From Candidatus Peribacteria bacterium (lineage in GTDB: Bacteria > Patescibacteriota > Gracilibacteria > UBA1369 > LOWO2-01-FULL-3), in assembly GCA_943359415.1 (NCBI GenBank), contig CALRHQ010000003.1:1-32187 (forward strand): 32,187 bases of DNA, given 5' to 3'. Both the position numbers and the translations under genes were made by a program. Below, piece after piece: positions 9,794 through 17,563 of this stretch (within the stretch, counting starts at the first letter, position 1; every line of letters begins with the position of its first letter). A model generated the notes under the pieces. It worked only from the letters and a program-made list of their open reading frames with translations. It had not been told where the DNA came from and did not search any database.

Positions 9794-10225
9794 TTAGCTT
9801 GCTGCGGATTGAAGAGCTATTTTTATAATGATTCTTACAAGTGAGTAAGAGAAGATTATTATAAGCAATCCAAGTACAGACCATGTCAGGCTGCGTTTGG
9901 CTTCTTCGATTTTCTCAGGTTCTGCTCCAAGCATTGCCATGTTTGAACCCGTCATGACTATTATTATTATGGCTATTGGAGCGGCAAAATAGAGTAAACC
10001 TCCTGCTAGGATTTGCAATAATATTATTGTTCCTGATGTTGTTCCTGCAGTTGTGTTTCCTAAGTCTTTTGATAGATCAAGTGGTTCATTTATAGGTCTC
10101 AAATCTTCAGGAATTGTGTATGCAAATGATGGCATTGTTATGAATGCTGATACAGCAATATTTATGATGGCTGCAAGAGCTATCAGACTAAAGAATTTTG
10201 CTATTTTTTGAAGTTGTTTTCTCAT
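9794..10225 (-). CDS. TrbC/VirB2-like pilin #5
   Basis: Signal peptide (PSFA), then two TM helices joined by GAEPEKIEEAKRSLTWSVLG. Confidence 0.75.
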   Translation of the reverse strand: MRKQLQKIAKFFSLIALAAIINIAVSAFITMPSFAYTIPEDLRPINEPLDLSKDLGNTTAGTTSGTIILLQILAGGLLYFAAPIAIIIIVMTGSNMAMLGAEPEKIEEAKRSLTWSVLGLLIIIFSYSLVRIIIKIALQSAAS

Positions 10226-10228
10226 TTT

Positions 10229-10633
10229 TTATGCCGCTTTAAAGAAATCAATTTGTGCTATTCCTGAGACTATTCCGTAAGCTGATGCTATTACTAAAAT
10301 TCCAATCAGTAAATATTTTAGCATGTTTTTTGCTTTTGAAGTGTCCTCATCTTCTCCACGTGATTTCAAAAAATATACTCCTATGAAGACCAATGCTGCT
10401 AGACTTAGTATCATTGACCAACCTAAAATTGTTTTTATTACATCTGCAATTGCTGCTTCGATGGTTACGCTTGGTAACTTTTTTATTGTACTCAAATCTG
10501 AATAATCTGTTGTGCTACCGGGGCGTGGTGTCAGTGAGTCTAGAGTCGGTTGAGACGCAATTGCTGTTGCGATGCTTGATAGTTTTAAAAATGCTACGAT
10601 GGCGGCTAATTTTAGTGTTTTAAAGTGTGTCAT
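10229..10633 (-). CDS. TrbC/VirB2-like pilin #4
   Basis: Signal peptide, then TM-GEDEDTSKAKNMLKYLLIG-TM. Confidence 0.75.
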   Translation of the reverse strand: MTHFKTLKLAAIVAFLKLSSIATAIASQPTLDSLTPRPGSTTDYSDLSTIKKLPSVTIEAAIADVIKTILGWSMILSLAALVFIGVYFLKSRGEDEDTSKAKNMLKYLLIGILVIASAYGIVSGIAQIDFFKAA

Positions 10634-10635
10634 TT

Positions 10636-11100
10636 TTATTTTGTTGTGGCTGTTGAGGTTGGCGGTGTTTCGTTACCATCTATCCTTATATTTGTGACTG
10701 CTGTGACGATTGTGTAGGCTAGTAGCGCTACAATCATTCCTACAATTCCCCAAATAATTTGTGTTTTTCCTTTTCCTGCGGCTTCCTCGTTTCCGTAGGC
10801 AACCAGATAACGAACTCCTCCGATGACGATCATAAGTAAGGCAATTCCTCCTGTCATTCCTATCATTCCAACTGCAAATCTTGGAAGAATTGTATCCACG
10901 AGTTTTGTTCTTGTTTCTTCTGTGGCTTCAGGTCCAGGTAGATTTGTCGGCCTTGGAATCAGTGAAGGTTTGAATGGCTGTTTTACTGTAGTTGCGGCCG
11001 GTTTCTCTGTAGTTGGAGCGGCGTATGTTACTGTTACCGCTGTTGATATAGATATAGCGATGAAAGTCAGTATCAATAATTTTTTAAATATATTTTTCAT
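10636..11100 (-). CDS. TrbC/VirB2-like pilin #3
   Basis: Signal peptide (VTYA), then TM-GGVRYLVAYGNEEAAGKGKTQIIWGIVG-TM. Confidence 0.8.
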   Translation of the reverse strand: MKNIFKKLLILTFIAISISTAVTVTYAAPTTEKPAATTVKQPFKPSLIPRPTNLPGPEATEETRTKLVDTILPRFAVGMIGMTGGIALLMIVIGGVRYLVAYGNEEAAGKGKTQIIWGIVGMIVALLAYTIVTAVTNIRIDGNETPPTSTATTK

Positions 11101-11101
11101 A

Positions 11102-11806
11102 TTATCTTGTGAAGAATGTTGGATTTACTGTGTAAAGAATAAGTCCTGAAAGGAATAGTACGGCAATTCCTGCTAGAGATTTTAGGATTCTGCCTTTTGC
11201 TTTACCAATCTCTTCGGCTTCACCTCCTGAAAATGAGATCTGGATGCTGCTTATGATGATTACTGCTGTTGCTATAAGTCCTACAAGCCCTGCTGCCCAT
11301 CTGTAAATAAGCCCGACATATCCTTCGATGTACGATGCTCCGCCTTTTCCCAAAATTGCCATAATTGCTCTACAATTGTAGGAAACTTTGTAGGTTGAAA
11401 CCATCTCTTCGTCATTTGCGAGATTTTCTGCGATCGTGGAACAACCTGTTGTTTTATTCGCAAGTTCTGTGATTGTTTTTTCTTCGCCATCTGATTTGAT
11501 AAATCTTAGTGTGCTTCTGTAGCATAATCTTGTTTGTAATTTTGTACTTGTTTTGTCTTCATCTAGAGAAAGTGGTTCTTCTATGAAGGAGATCATCCAA
11601 CCTGATGTTCTGTCTGCGTCTGTGATACATGGAGCACTGTGTTGAGCATCGAGTGCTTTATCGAGTTGTTGTATTTTTGCAGGGTCGAGGTCGGCTGCCA
11701 ATACTGTCATTGAAAATGACATTGTCAAAGCAGAAAATGCGACAATGATATTTGTGAGAGTTATTGTGCTTAAGATTTTTCTAATTTTTTTTGTTTTATT
11801 TTTCAT
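11102..11806 (-). CDS. TrbC/VirB2-like pilin #2 with Cys-containing insert
   Basis: Signal peptide, about 110-aa soluble region with 4 Cys, then TM-GGEAEEIGKAKGRILKSLAG-TM-YTVNP. Confidence 0.75.
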   Translation of the reverse strand: MKNKTKKIRKILSTITLTNIIVAFSALTMSFSMTVLAADLDPAKIQQLDKALDAQHSAPCITDADRTSGWMISFIEEPLSLDEDKTSTKLQTRLCYRSTLRFIKSDGEEKTITELANKTTGCSTIAENLANDEEMVSTYKVSYNCRAIMAILGKGGASYIEGYVGLIYRWAAGLVGLIATAVIIISSIQISFSGGEAEEIGKAKGRILKSLAGIAVLFLSGLILYTVNPTFFTR

Positions 11807-11810
11807 TGTT

Positions 11811-12464
11811 TTATTTTGGCTGTGTTGTCGATGCTGTATTTGCTGCCGTATTTACACTTTGTGTGATGAAAAGTGATTGTACGAAAATGGTTATCACGTA
11901 TGATAAGAATGTTATAATCAAGCCAATAACTGCATATTTGATTATCTCTTTTGCTTTGTCTATTTTTGTTTGATCTCCTTGTGCGATTATCAACATAAAT
12001 CCTGCGACTATGAAAATTATCATCGCGATTGTTCCAATAATTCCCGTCGCGTAATTTATAACGCTTAATATAAATGCTATTATTGGTGGATTTTTTGTGT
12101 CAGAAAAATATGTTTTTTGCTGATCTTCTCCCGGTAATTTTAGTTGTTCATTTACATTGTATTTCAAATCTTTGAGGTCGTATTTATCATTTTCATTTGC
12201 TGCTTCTTTAAGAGCTTTCAGTTCTTTTTCCATCGCTTCTATATTTGTGCCCATAGTCTTCGCTTGGTCTAAGGTCACGTTTGGTCCCTGATATTCTTTA
12301 TATGCTGCGTCTATTTTTTGTTGTAGCTCCATTATTTTGATTGTTTGTTCTTTTGTTGGAGCTGCAAAAGAAATTTGTGAAAATCCTGTGAACATTGTGA
12401 TTGCAAATATAGCTGTCAAAATTATTCCAAGAATTTTCTTATTTTTATACATTGTGTGTGTCAT
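11811..12464 (-). CDS. TrbC/VirB2-like pilin #1 with coiled-coil insert
   Basis: Signal peptide (ISFA), helical coiled-coil region, then TM-AGFMLIIAQGDQTKIDKAKEIIKYAVIG-TM. Confidence 0.8.
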   Translation of the reverse strand: MTHTMYKNKKILGIILTAIFAITMFTGFSQISFAAPTKEQTIKIMELQQKIDAAYKEYQGPNVTLDQAKTMGTNIEAMEKELKALKEAANENDKYDLKDLKYNVNEQLKLPGEDQQKTYFSDTKNPPIIAFILSVINYATGIIGTIAMIIFIVAGFMLIIAQGDQTKIDKAKEIIKYAVIGLIITFLSYVITIFVQSLFITQSVNTAANTASTTQPK

Positions 12465-12474
12465 ATTTTTTGTT

Positions 12475-13518
12475 TTATCCTTCGAAATCTTTCGGCATGT
12501 TTAGCATAGCATTTTCCTCTGAAATAAGCCCTGATTCGAGAAGATCTGTGAGTGACTTTTTCATGGTTTGCATTCCTTCTTTCGATGAGGTTTCTATTAC
12601 AGAATTTATTTGATGAGTTGCTGATTTTCTTATCAAATTTGAAACCGCGTTGTTTACAAACATTATTTCATAGGCTCCTACACGGCCTTTTCCATCTTTT
12701 GTTTTGATAAGTGTTTGCCAGAATACAGCTTTCAAACTTTCTGAAAGCTGAGCTTTGATCTGATTTTGTTGTTCTGTTGGGAAGGCATCGATGATTCTGT
12801 TTATCGAATTTGCACATCCTCTCGTATGAAGTGTCGCGAAGACTAAATGTCCTGTTTCAGCAGCTGTGATCGCTTGCTGGATTGTTTCGATATCACGCAT
12901 CTCTCCAATAAGGATAACGTCCGGTGCTTCACGAAGCGCACTTTTTAGCGCTTTTTGGAAACTATGCGTGTGTACTCCAACTTCTCTTTGTTGGATAACC
13001 GACTGGTTGTTTTGGTGAGTGTACTCAATAGGATCCTCGATTGTGATTATATGATTTTTTTGATTTCTGTTTATTTCATTAATCATTGAGGCGAGAGTAG
13101 TTGTCTTTCCACAACCTGTCGGACCGGTTACGATGACGAGTCCATTTTTGAATGTTGTTGCTTTTTTCATCTGTTGTGGAAGTCCGAGTTCGTCCATTGT
13201 AAGAACTTTTTCAGAGATCAGTCTGAAGACTGCTGAAATACCTTTTCTCTGAACAAACATGTTCACCCTAAATCTGGAAATAGTTTCAATATCCAATGAA
13301 AAATCTATGTCGAGCGTTTGTTCAAACATCTTTTTTTGCTCTGGACTCATTATCTCAAGAAGATATTCTTCCGCCATTTTTTTTGTCAGCTCAGGATGTT
13401 CCTCAATTTTCACCAAATCGCCATTTATACGAAGAGTTGGCTTTATTCCAGTGGCAATGAAGACATCTGATGCGTTGTATTGTACTGCTGTACGTAATAT
13501 CTTGGATAACTTGAACAT
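12475..13518 (-). CDS. pilT: Type IV pilus retraction ATPase PilT
   Basis: ASDVFI, RFRVN, GPTGCGKTTT, TIEDPIE, LREAPDVILIGEMRD, ETGHLVFATLHT, AVSNLIRK (AIRNLIRE-like), GMQT. Confidence 0.95.
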   Translation of the reverse strand: MFKLSKILRTAVQYNASDVFIATGIKPTLRINGDLVKIEEHPELTKKMAEEYLLEIMSPEQKKMFEQTLDIDFSLDIETISRFRVNMFVQRKGISAVFRLISEKVLTMDELGLPQQMKKATTFKNGLVIVTGPTGCGKTTTLASMINEINRNQKNHIITIEDPIEYTHQNNQSVIQQREVGVHTHSFQKALKSALREAPDVILIGEMRDIETIQQAITAAETGHLVFATLHTRGCANSINRIIDAFPTEQQNQIKAQLSESLKAVFWQTLIKTKDGKGRVGAYEIMFVNNAVSNLIRKSATHQINSVIETSSKEGMQTMKKSLTDLLESGLISEENAMLNMPKDFEG

Positions 13519-13543
13519 TTTTTGTTTTTGTTTTATTCAGGTA

Positions 13544-13552
13544 ATTATACCA
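13544..13552 (-). promoter_or_regulatory. Extended -10 promoter (TGgTATAAT) for the pilT-pilin operon
   Basis: The minus strand reads atTTTTTaTGGTATAATtacctg, 25 nt upstream of the pilT ATG. Confidence 0.65.
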
Positions 13553-13581
13553 TAAAAAATCCCCTTTTGGAAAGGGGATTT
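13553..13581 (-). terminator. Intrinsic terminator after the 13613-14284 gene
   Basis: Perfect 11-bp stem AAATCCCCTTT/AAAGGGGATTT with a 3-nt loop, running into a T-tract on the minus strand. Confidence 0.8.
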
Positions 13582-13612
13582 ATCTATCTTATGTACTTAT
13601 GTTTAAGTCTTC

Positions 13613-14284
13613 TTACCTTGGGATTTTTTTAACCGCTTCTCCTGTAGTTGTACTTGTTTCTTCCAAAACTGCATTATCATATATTTTATCTGTTCCTGTT
13701 GATACATCTTTTAGGTCTTGTACTGTTTTTCCGAATTCACTATTTTCGCTTGTAGACGAGCTTCCGCCAAGTGATGGTGGATTTGAGGGAGAGGTTTCTT
13801 CTTCAGAAATTGTTGTCTCTGTTGTCGCCTCTGTGTTTCCAAATGGAGAAGAAACTGTTGGAGGTGGAGTGTTGTCTGGTGATGCTCCACTAAAGAAGAA
13901 TGAATATGTTACATATCCAACCGTTGTAAGCCCTATGATGGATACGAAAATTATTATATATAATTTGAATTTCATCATTTTATCGATGATTGATGTTGCG
14001 GCTGCTTCTTGTGCCGGAGTTGGTTGTGTTGTTTGAATCGGAGTAGGAGCTGGTTGTGTAGCCTGTGGTTGTACTTGTGCAGTTTGAACAACTGGATCTG
14101 GAGTAACTGCGGCTTGAACTGGCACAGGAGTTGGTTCTGGTGTGGCCACCGGTTGTTGTTGAATTGTTGGTTGTACTGCTACAGGAGCTTGTGCAGGGAG
14201 AGCCTGCTCTGCAGGCGTGGCAGCTTGAATAGGATCCAGTTTTATTTCGTGTGGTTCGTTTGTATTTTGTGTATTATCAGCCAT
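13613..14284 (-). CDS. Single-pass membrane protein with Pro/Gln/Thr-rich and Ser/Thr-rich disordered arms
   Basis: N-terminal PQAT low-complexity region, TM LYIIIFVSIIGLTTVGYVTYSFFF, C-terminal S/T/E-rich tail. Starts 11 bp after the upstream gene. Confidence 0.75.
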   Translation of the reverse strand: MADNTQNTNEPHEIKLDPIQAATPAEQALPAQAPVAVQPTIQQQPVATPEPTPVPVQAAVTPDPVVQTAQVQPQATQPAPTPIQTTQPTPAQEAAATSIIDKMMKFKLYIIIFVSIIGLTTVGYVTYSFFFSGASPDNTPPPTVSSPFGNTEATTETTISEEETSPSNPPSLGGSSSTSENSEFGKTVQDLKDVSTGTDKIYDNAVLEETSTTTGEAVKKIPR

Positions 14285-14295
14285 TTGGTTTTTTA

Positions 14296-14850
14296 TTAAA
14301 TGTCTAGTTTCTCAGGTTCGAGTGGCATTACATTTTCAATAGCAGCCCATTCGCTATCTTCAATTTCAGGGACTACAATTGTTACTTTGTTGCCAATTTC
14401 TCCTTTGAAATATGTAACTGAAGCAAGTAAAACTTTATAGGCTTTACCATTTGCTATGACTTTATATTGTGCATCTTCGTATGTAAGTGTTCCTACAATA
14501 CGTTTTCTTGGAATTGGGCCAATTTGTTTATAAACAAATGATCCATCCGGTTTGATGGTTAATTTCAAAACATCTCCAGGTATCAATTTTGATTTGCTTG
14601 CGTAGTTCGCAGGGACTGGATATTCCTTTGAATTTTTATCTATCATTAATTGACCATTATAGACTCCTTCTACAATAGTGTCGTCACCTTCGTGCTCTGC
14701 ATCGTCTAATGTTTCGGCTGCTTTTGCGTAAGTGGCTTTTGTTGATTTTACGCCTGTTAATTCACCTACAAGTTGTTTTGCTGAACGTAAACTGGACTCT
14801 GCTGAGTCTAGCATTTCTTTGATAAGTGCAAGTTTTGAAGCCTGTGACAT
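14296..14850 (-). CDS. Conserved hypothetical protein (N-terminal helix plus beta-rich domains)
   Basis: IVEGVYNGQLM...YPVPANYASKSKLIPGDVLKLTI...YKQIGP...YKVLLASVTYFK is a motif set I recall from CPR genomes. Has its own promoter. Confidence 0.8.
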   Translation of the reverse strand: MSQASKLALIKEMLDSAESSLRSAKQLVGELTGVKSTKATYAKAAETLDDAEHEGDDTIVEGVYNGQLMIDKNSKEYPVPANYASKSKLIPGDVLKLTIKPDGSFVYKQIGPIPRKRIVGTLTYEDAQYKVIANGKAYKVLLASVTYFKGEIGNKVTIVVPEIEDSEWAAIENVMPLEPEKLDI

Positions 14851-14889
14851 TTTGTTTTTATTTTAAGTTTTATTTTTTGTTCGTTTTTA

Positions 14890-14918
14890 ATTATACCAAA
14901 AAAATGATGTTTTTACAA
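14890..14918 (-). promoter_or_regulatory. Sigma70-type promoter
   Basis: On the minus strand: TTGTAA, 17 bp ending TGG, TATAAT. Confidence 0.75.
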
Positions 14919-14942
14919 TTGACCATGAGTTGACACCTGTGT

Positions 14943-15293
14943 CTATTTGTTTCGTTTTATCAATTTTTGAAGCAATGAGCGGCGGATAATTGCGAGATTT
15001 GAGAATATTCTAAATGTAAATACAACCGCTACTGCAAGGTATAAATCGAGTCCAAGTGTTTCTCCGAGGAGTGTTATGGCGACTCCCAAAATGATATTAA
15101 ATCCAAGTCCTGTAAGGAAAATCACCGGATTGTAATCTTCTTTTGTTGTCTCTGCTCTTACGGCTCCGAAGAGGGAATCTAGCATTCCCACTATGATTAC
15201 AGCGGTATATTTAATATATATCATGGGTATGATAAGACTTGTTTTAAGTCCTATCATCATTCCTATAAGTATTCCTGCAAGTGCCCAAAGCAT
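14943..15293 (-). CDS. sbp: Small basic protein Sbp (DUF1290) family membrane protein
   Basis: KYTAVIIVGMLDSLFGAVRA...LGETLGLDLYLAVAVVFTFRIFSNLAIIRR. Located downstream of ftsQ/divIB as in the Firmicute dcw cluster. Confidence 0.9.
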   Translation of the reverse strand: MLWALAGILIGMMIGLKTSLIIPMIYIKYTAVIIVGMLDSLFGAVRAETTKEDYNPVIFLTGLGFNIILGVAITLLGETLGLDLYLAVAVVFTFRIFSNLAIIRRSLLQKLIKRNK

Positions 15294-15308
15294 ACGCGTA
15301 ATTTTATG

Positions 15309-16163
15309 TTATTTCCTTTTGTATATTATCTTATCTCCGTTTTCTCCTGCAATGCGAAGATCAATATATTGTAGTGGATCTTTATATATATCAAGTTTTA
15401 TGAGTGTTTTTTTTAATTTTTTCAATTGTGTTTCGAACGGTTGCTCTATATCCATCCATATTTCGAATTGTTTTTCAGTTGAAATCCGTATTTCGCGTGC
15501 ATTTTTTTTGTATGTTGTTTTTAATACTTTCATGCCAAATTTATCTTCGTAATATTTTGTTGCGTTAACAATGTATTCCAGTTTTTTGGCTTCTACTATT
15601 GGTGTTCCGATGTTTACAGGTGCGTCAGCTGTCATTTCGATAGTAGGAAGAGTCGTTAGTTGCATGTTTTCTTTTACTGCATATCCTACGGAATTTATGA
15701 CGTATGTTTTTTTGACTACGTCTGTTGTGATGGAAATATTTGCGACTAATGGATACTCTGCAAATTCAACATCGATTGTTTTTGGATAATTTTTTGTAAG
15801 CGTTATTTCTTTTATTTCCGGAAATTTATTTGCGATTTTTAATTCAAAATCTTTTAAATCAAGAATTATTATATTCTTGCCGATGGCTTCGCTGAGCGTT
15901 TTTTTTACATTTTCCGTCAAATATTTATTGTCTATTTTTTTATCTGTTAGTTCTATTGATGAAATTAAAAAATATCCTGAAAAGAAAAATTGATATATCA
16001 AAAAAATACTTATAAATAGTGTTAATGCTATTATTAAAAGTTTTTTTGTTTTTGCGAGAAGTAAATTAGGTCTTCTAAAAGAGCTTCTTCTCGGAGGCCT
16101 TACAGGTGTTGATATTGGCCTCATATTCCGAACTTGTCTTATTCTTCTTTTTTTATCGAACAT
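15309..16163 (-). CDS. ftsQ: Cell division protein FtsQ/DivIB
   Basis: Basic cytoplasmic N-terminus, one TM, POTRA-like region (GKNII..L...FPEIKEITLTKNYPKTIDVEFAE) and C-terminal YIDLR motif. Start 16163 avoids overlap with folC. Confidence 0.85.
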   Translation of the reverse strand: MFDKKRRIRQVRNMRPISTPVRPPRRSSFRRPNLLLAKTKKLLIIALTLFISIFLIYQFFFSGYFLISSIELTDKKIDNKYLTENVKKTLSEAIGKNIIILDLKDFELKIANKFPEIKEITLTKNYPKTIDVEFAEYPLVANISITTDVVKKTYVINSVGYAVKENMQLTTLPTIEMTADAPVNIGTPIVEAKKLEYIVNATKYYEDKFGMKVLKTTYKKNAREIRISTEKQFEIWMDIEQPFETQLKKLKKTLIKLDIYKDPLQYIDLRIAGENGDKIIYKRK

Positions 16164-16204
16164 TTTTGTGTAGGATTTGTTTCGTAATAGATATACCAGA
16201 ATAT

Positions 16205-17425
16205 ATGGATTATGAGAAGCATAGGAATTTTGAATATAATGAAAAATATTTCGATTTGGAGAATTTGAAACAATTTTTGTATGCATATTTTCCCGATTAT
16301 AATGATTTTGATTTTGTGCATGTGGCTGGCTCAAAAGGGAAGGGGATGACTTGTAAAATTGTTACAGACTATTTAGCTGATTCTTCTAAGACAGGACTTT
16401 TTATTTCTCCACATGTTCTTGAAATAAATGAAAGGATTTCCGTGAATGGAAAAAACATTTCTGACAAAGATTTTTCAAGAATAAAAAAAGAAATCGAAAA
16501 ATTTTCTGATAATTTTTTTGTTAAAAAAAATGCAAAACATCTTACTGTTTTTGAAGAACTTTTTGTTCTTGCCCTTAAATATTTTTATGAGCAAAAATGT
16601 AAATATGTTGTTTTGGAGGTTGGGCTTGGTGGGCGGCTGGATGCGACAAATATTGTTATTCCGAAAGTTTGTGGGCTTGCGTTGGTTGAGAAAGAACATA
16701 CCGATATTTTGGGAAAAACTGTAAGAAAAATTTTGAATGAAAAACTTGGGATTAAAAAAGATGGAGTACCTTTTGTTGTTGGTCGACAACAGCAAAAGGT
16801 TGAGAAAATTTTGCGTGAAAAATTCAAGAAAGATAAGAATGTTTTTTTCGCGGAAGAGAAGAATGTGTTTGCCAAGGACTCTCTTGATGCTAATTTTTGC
16901 CTTGGATATGCTCTTTTGAAACTCCTGATTGGGTCTGTTGATAAAGAAAAATTTTTAAAATTATGTGCTGATTTTAAAATGGTTGGAAGGTTTGATGTTA
17001 GAGAAAATGTTGTTTTTGATATTGCCCATACCCCAAAAAGTATTGAAAATCTTGTAAAAAATTTAAAAGAAAAATATCCTAATAAGAAATTTTCTTTTGT
17101 AGTTTCTATTATGAAGGATAAAGAGATTTTGCCTATTCTAAGGCAAATCTCTAAAGTTGCTGATAATGTTGTTTTTACAAATGCGCATAAGGAGCGTGGA
17201 GAAAAAGTTGAAAATTTGAAAAAGATTTTTGATGAGATCTTGACTAAAAAGTCCCGAAATAAAAAGAATGAAAAAGGTGCTTCTGTGAAAAAAGATAATG
17301 TTTGGATAAAACAAAATCCCCTTATTGCTTTTGATTTTGCAGTTAAGAATATGAAAAAAGAGGATATAGTCGTTGTGACTGGATCCTCTTTTCTTGTTTC
17401 TGAAATTTTAAAACATAGGTTTTAA
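16205..17425 (+). CDS. folC: Folylpolyglutamate synthase/dihydrofolate synthase
   Basis: HVAGSKGKG, FISPH...ERI, EVGLGGRLDATN, EHTDILG, FDIAHTP, VTGS. Start taken at ATG 16205. Confidence 0.93.
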   Translation: MDYEKHRNFEYNEKYFDLENLKQFLYAYFPDYNDFDFVHVAGSKGKGMTCKIVTDYLADSSKTGLFISPHVLEINERISVNGKNISDKDFSRIKKEIEKFSDNFFVKKNAKHLTVFEELFVLALKYFYEQKCKYVVLEVGLGGRLDATNIVIPKVCGLALVEKEHTDILGKTVRKILNEKLGIKKDGVPFVVGRQQQKVEKILREKFKKDKNVFFAEEKNVFAKDSLDANFCLGYALLKLLIGSVDKEKFLKLCADFKMVGRFDVRENVVFDIAHTPKSIENLVKNLKEKYPNKKFSFVVSIMKDKEILPILRQISKVADNVVFTNAHKERGEKVENLKKIFDEILTKKSRNKKNEKGASVKKDNVWIKQNPLIAFDFAVKNMKKEDIVVVTGSSFLVSEILKHRF

Positions 17426-17428
17426 AAT

Positions 17429-17563
17429 CTATGCTTTTTTTGCCGCCAAGCGATCTGCTTTTCGTACACGTGCTTTTTCTTTGTTTACTCTGTCTCTTAG
17501 TTTGCTTTTTGGTCTTTTCATACCAACAAGACCGTGTTTCTTACTTGCATGTTTGTTAGTCAT
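17429..17563 (-). CDS. Small, very basic 44-aa protein (not in the ORF track)
   Basis: MTNKHASKKHGLVGMKRPKSKLRDRVNKEKARVRKADRLAAKKA*. Its ATG overlaps the queF stop by 8 bp, and it fills the queF-folC gap. Confidence 0.6.
   Translation of the reverse strand: MTNKHASKKHGLVGMKRPKSKLRDRVNKEKARVRKADRLAAKKA

Noticed and set aside
9794-12464. Integrated conjugative element suggested by the VirB2-like genes
   Set aside because: No integrase, relaxase, VirB4, att-like repeats or obvious compositional shift.
13599-14299. Plus-strand ORFs, including a Cys/Trp-rich 96-aa frame, and short GGTTG repeats
   Set aside because: By-products of Pro/Gln/Thr codons on the minus strand. The repeats are not regularly spaced, so this is not a CRISPR array.
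16106-16334. Apparent 229-bp head-to-head overlap of the ftsQ and folC ORFs
   Set aside because: Artefact of taking the longest ORF. Downstream ATGs at 16163 and 16205 give normal N-termini.
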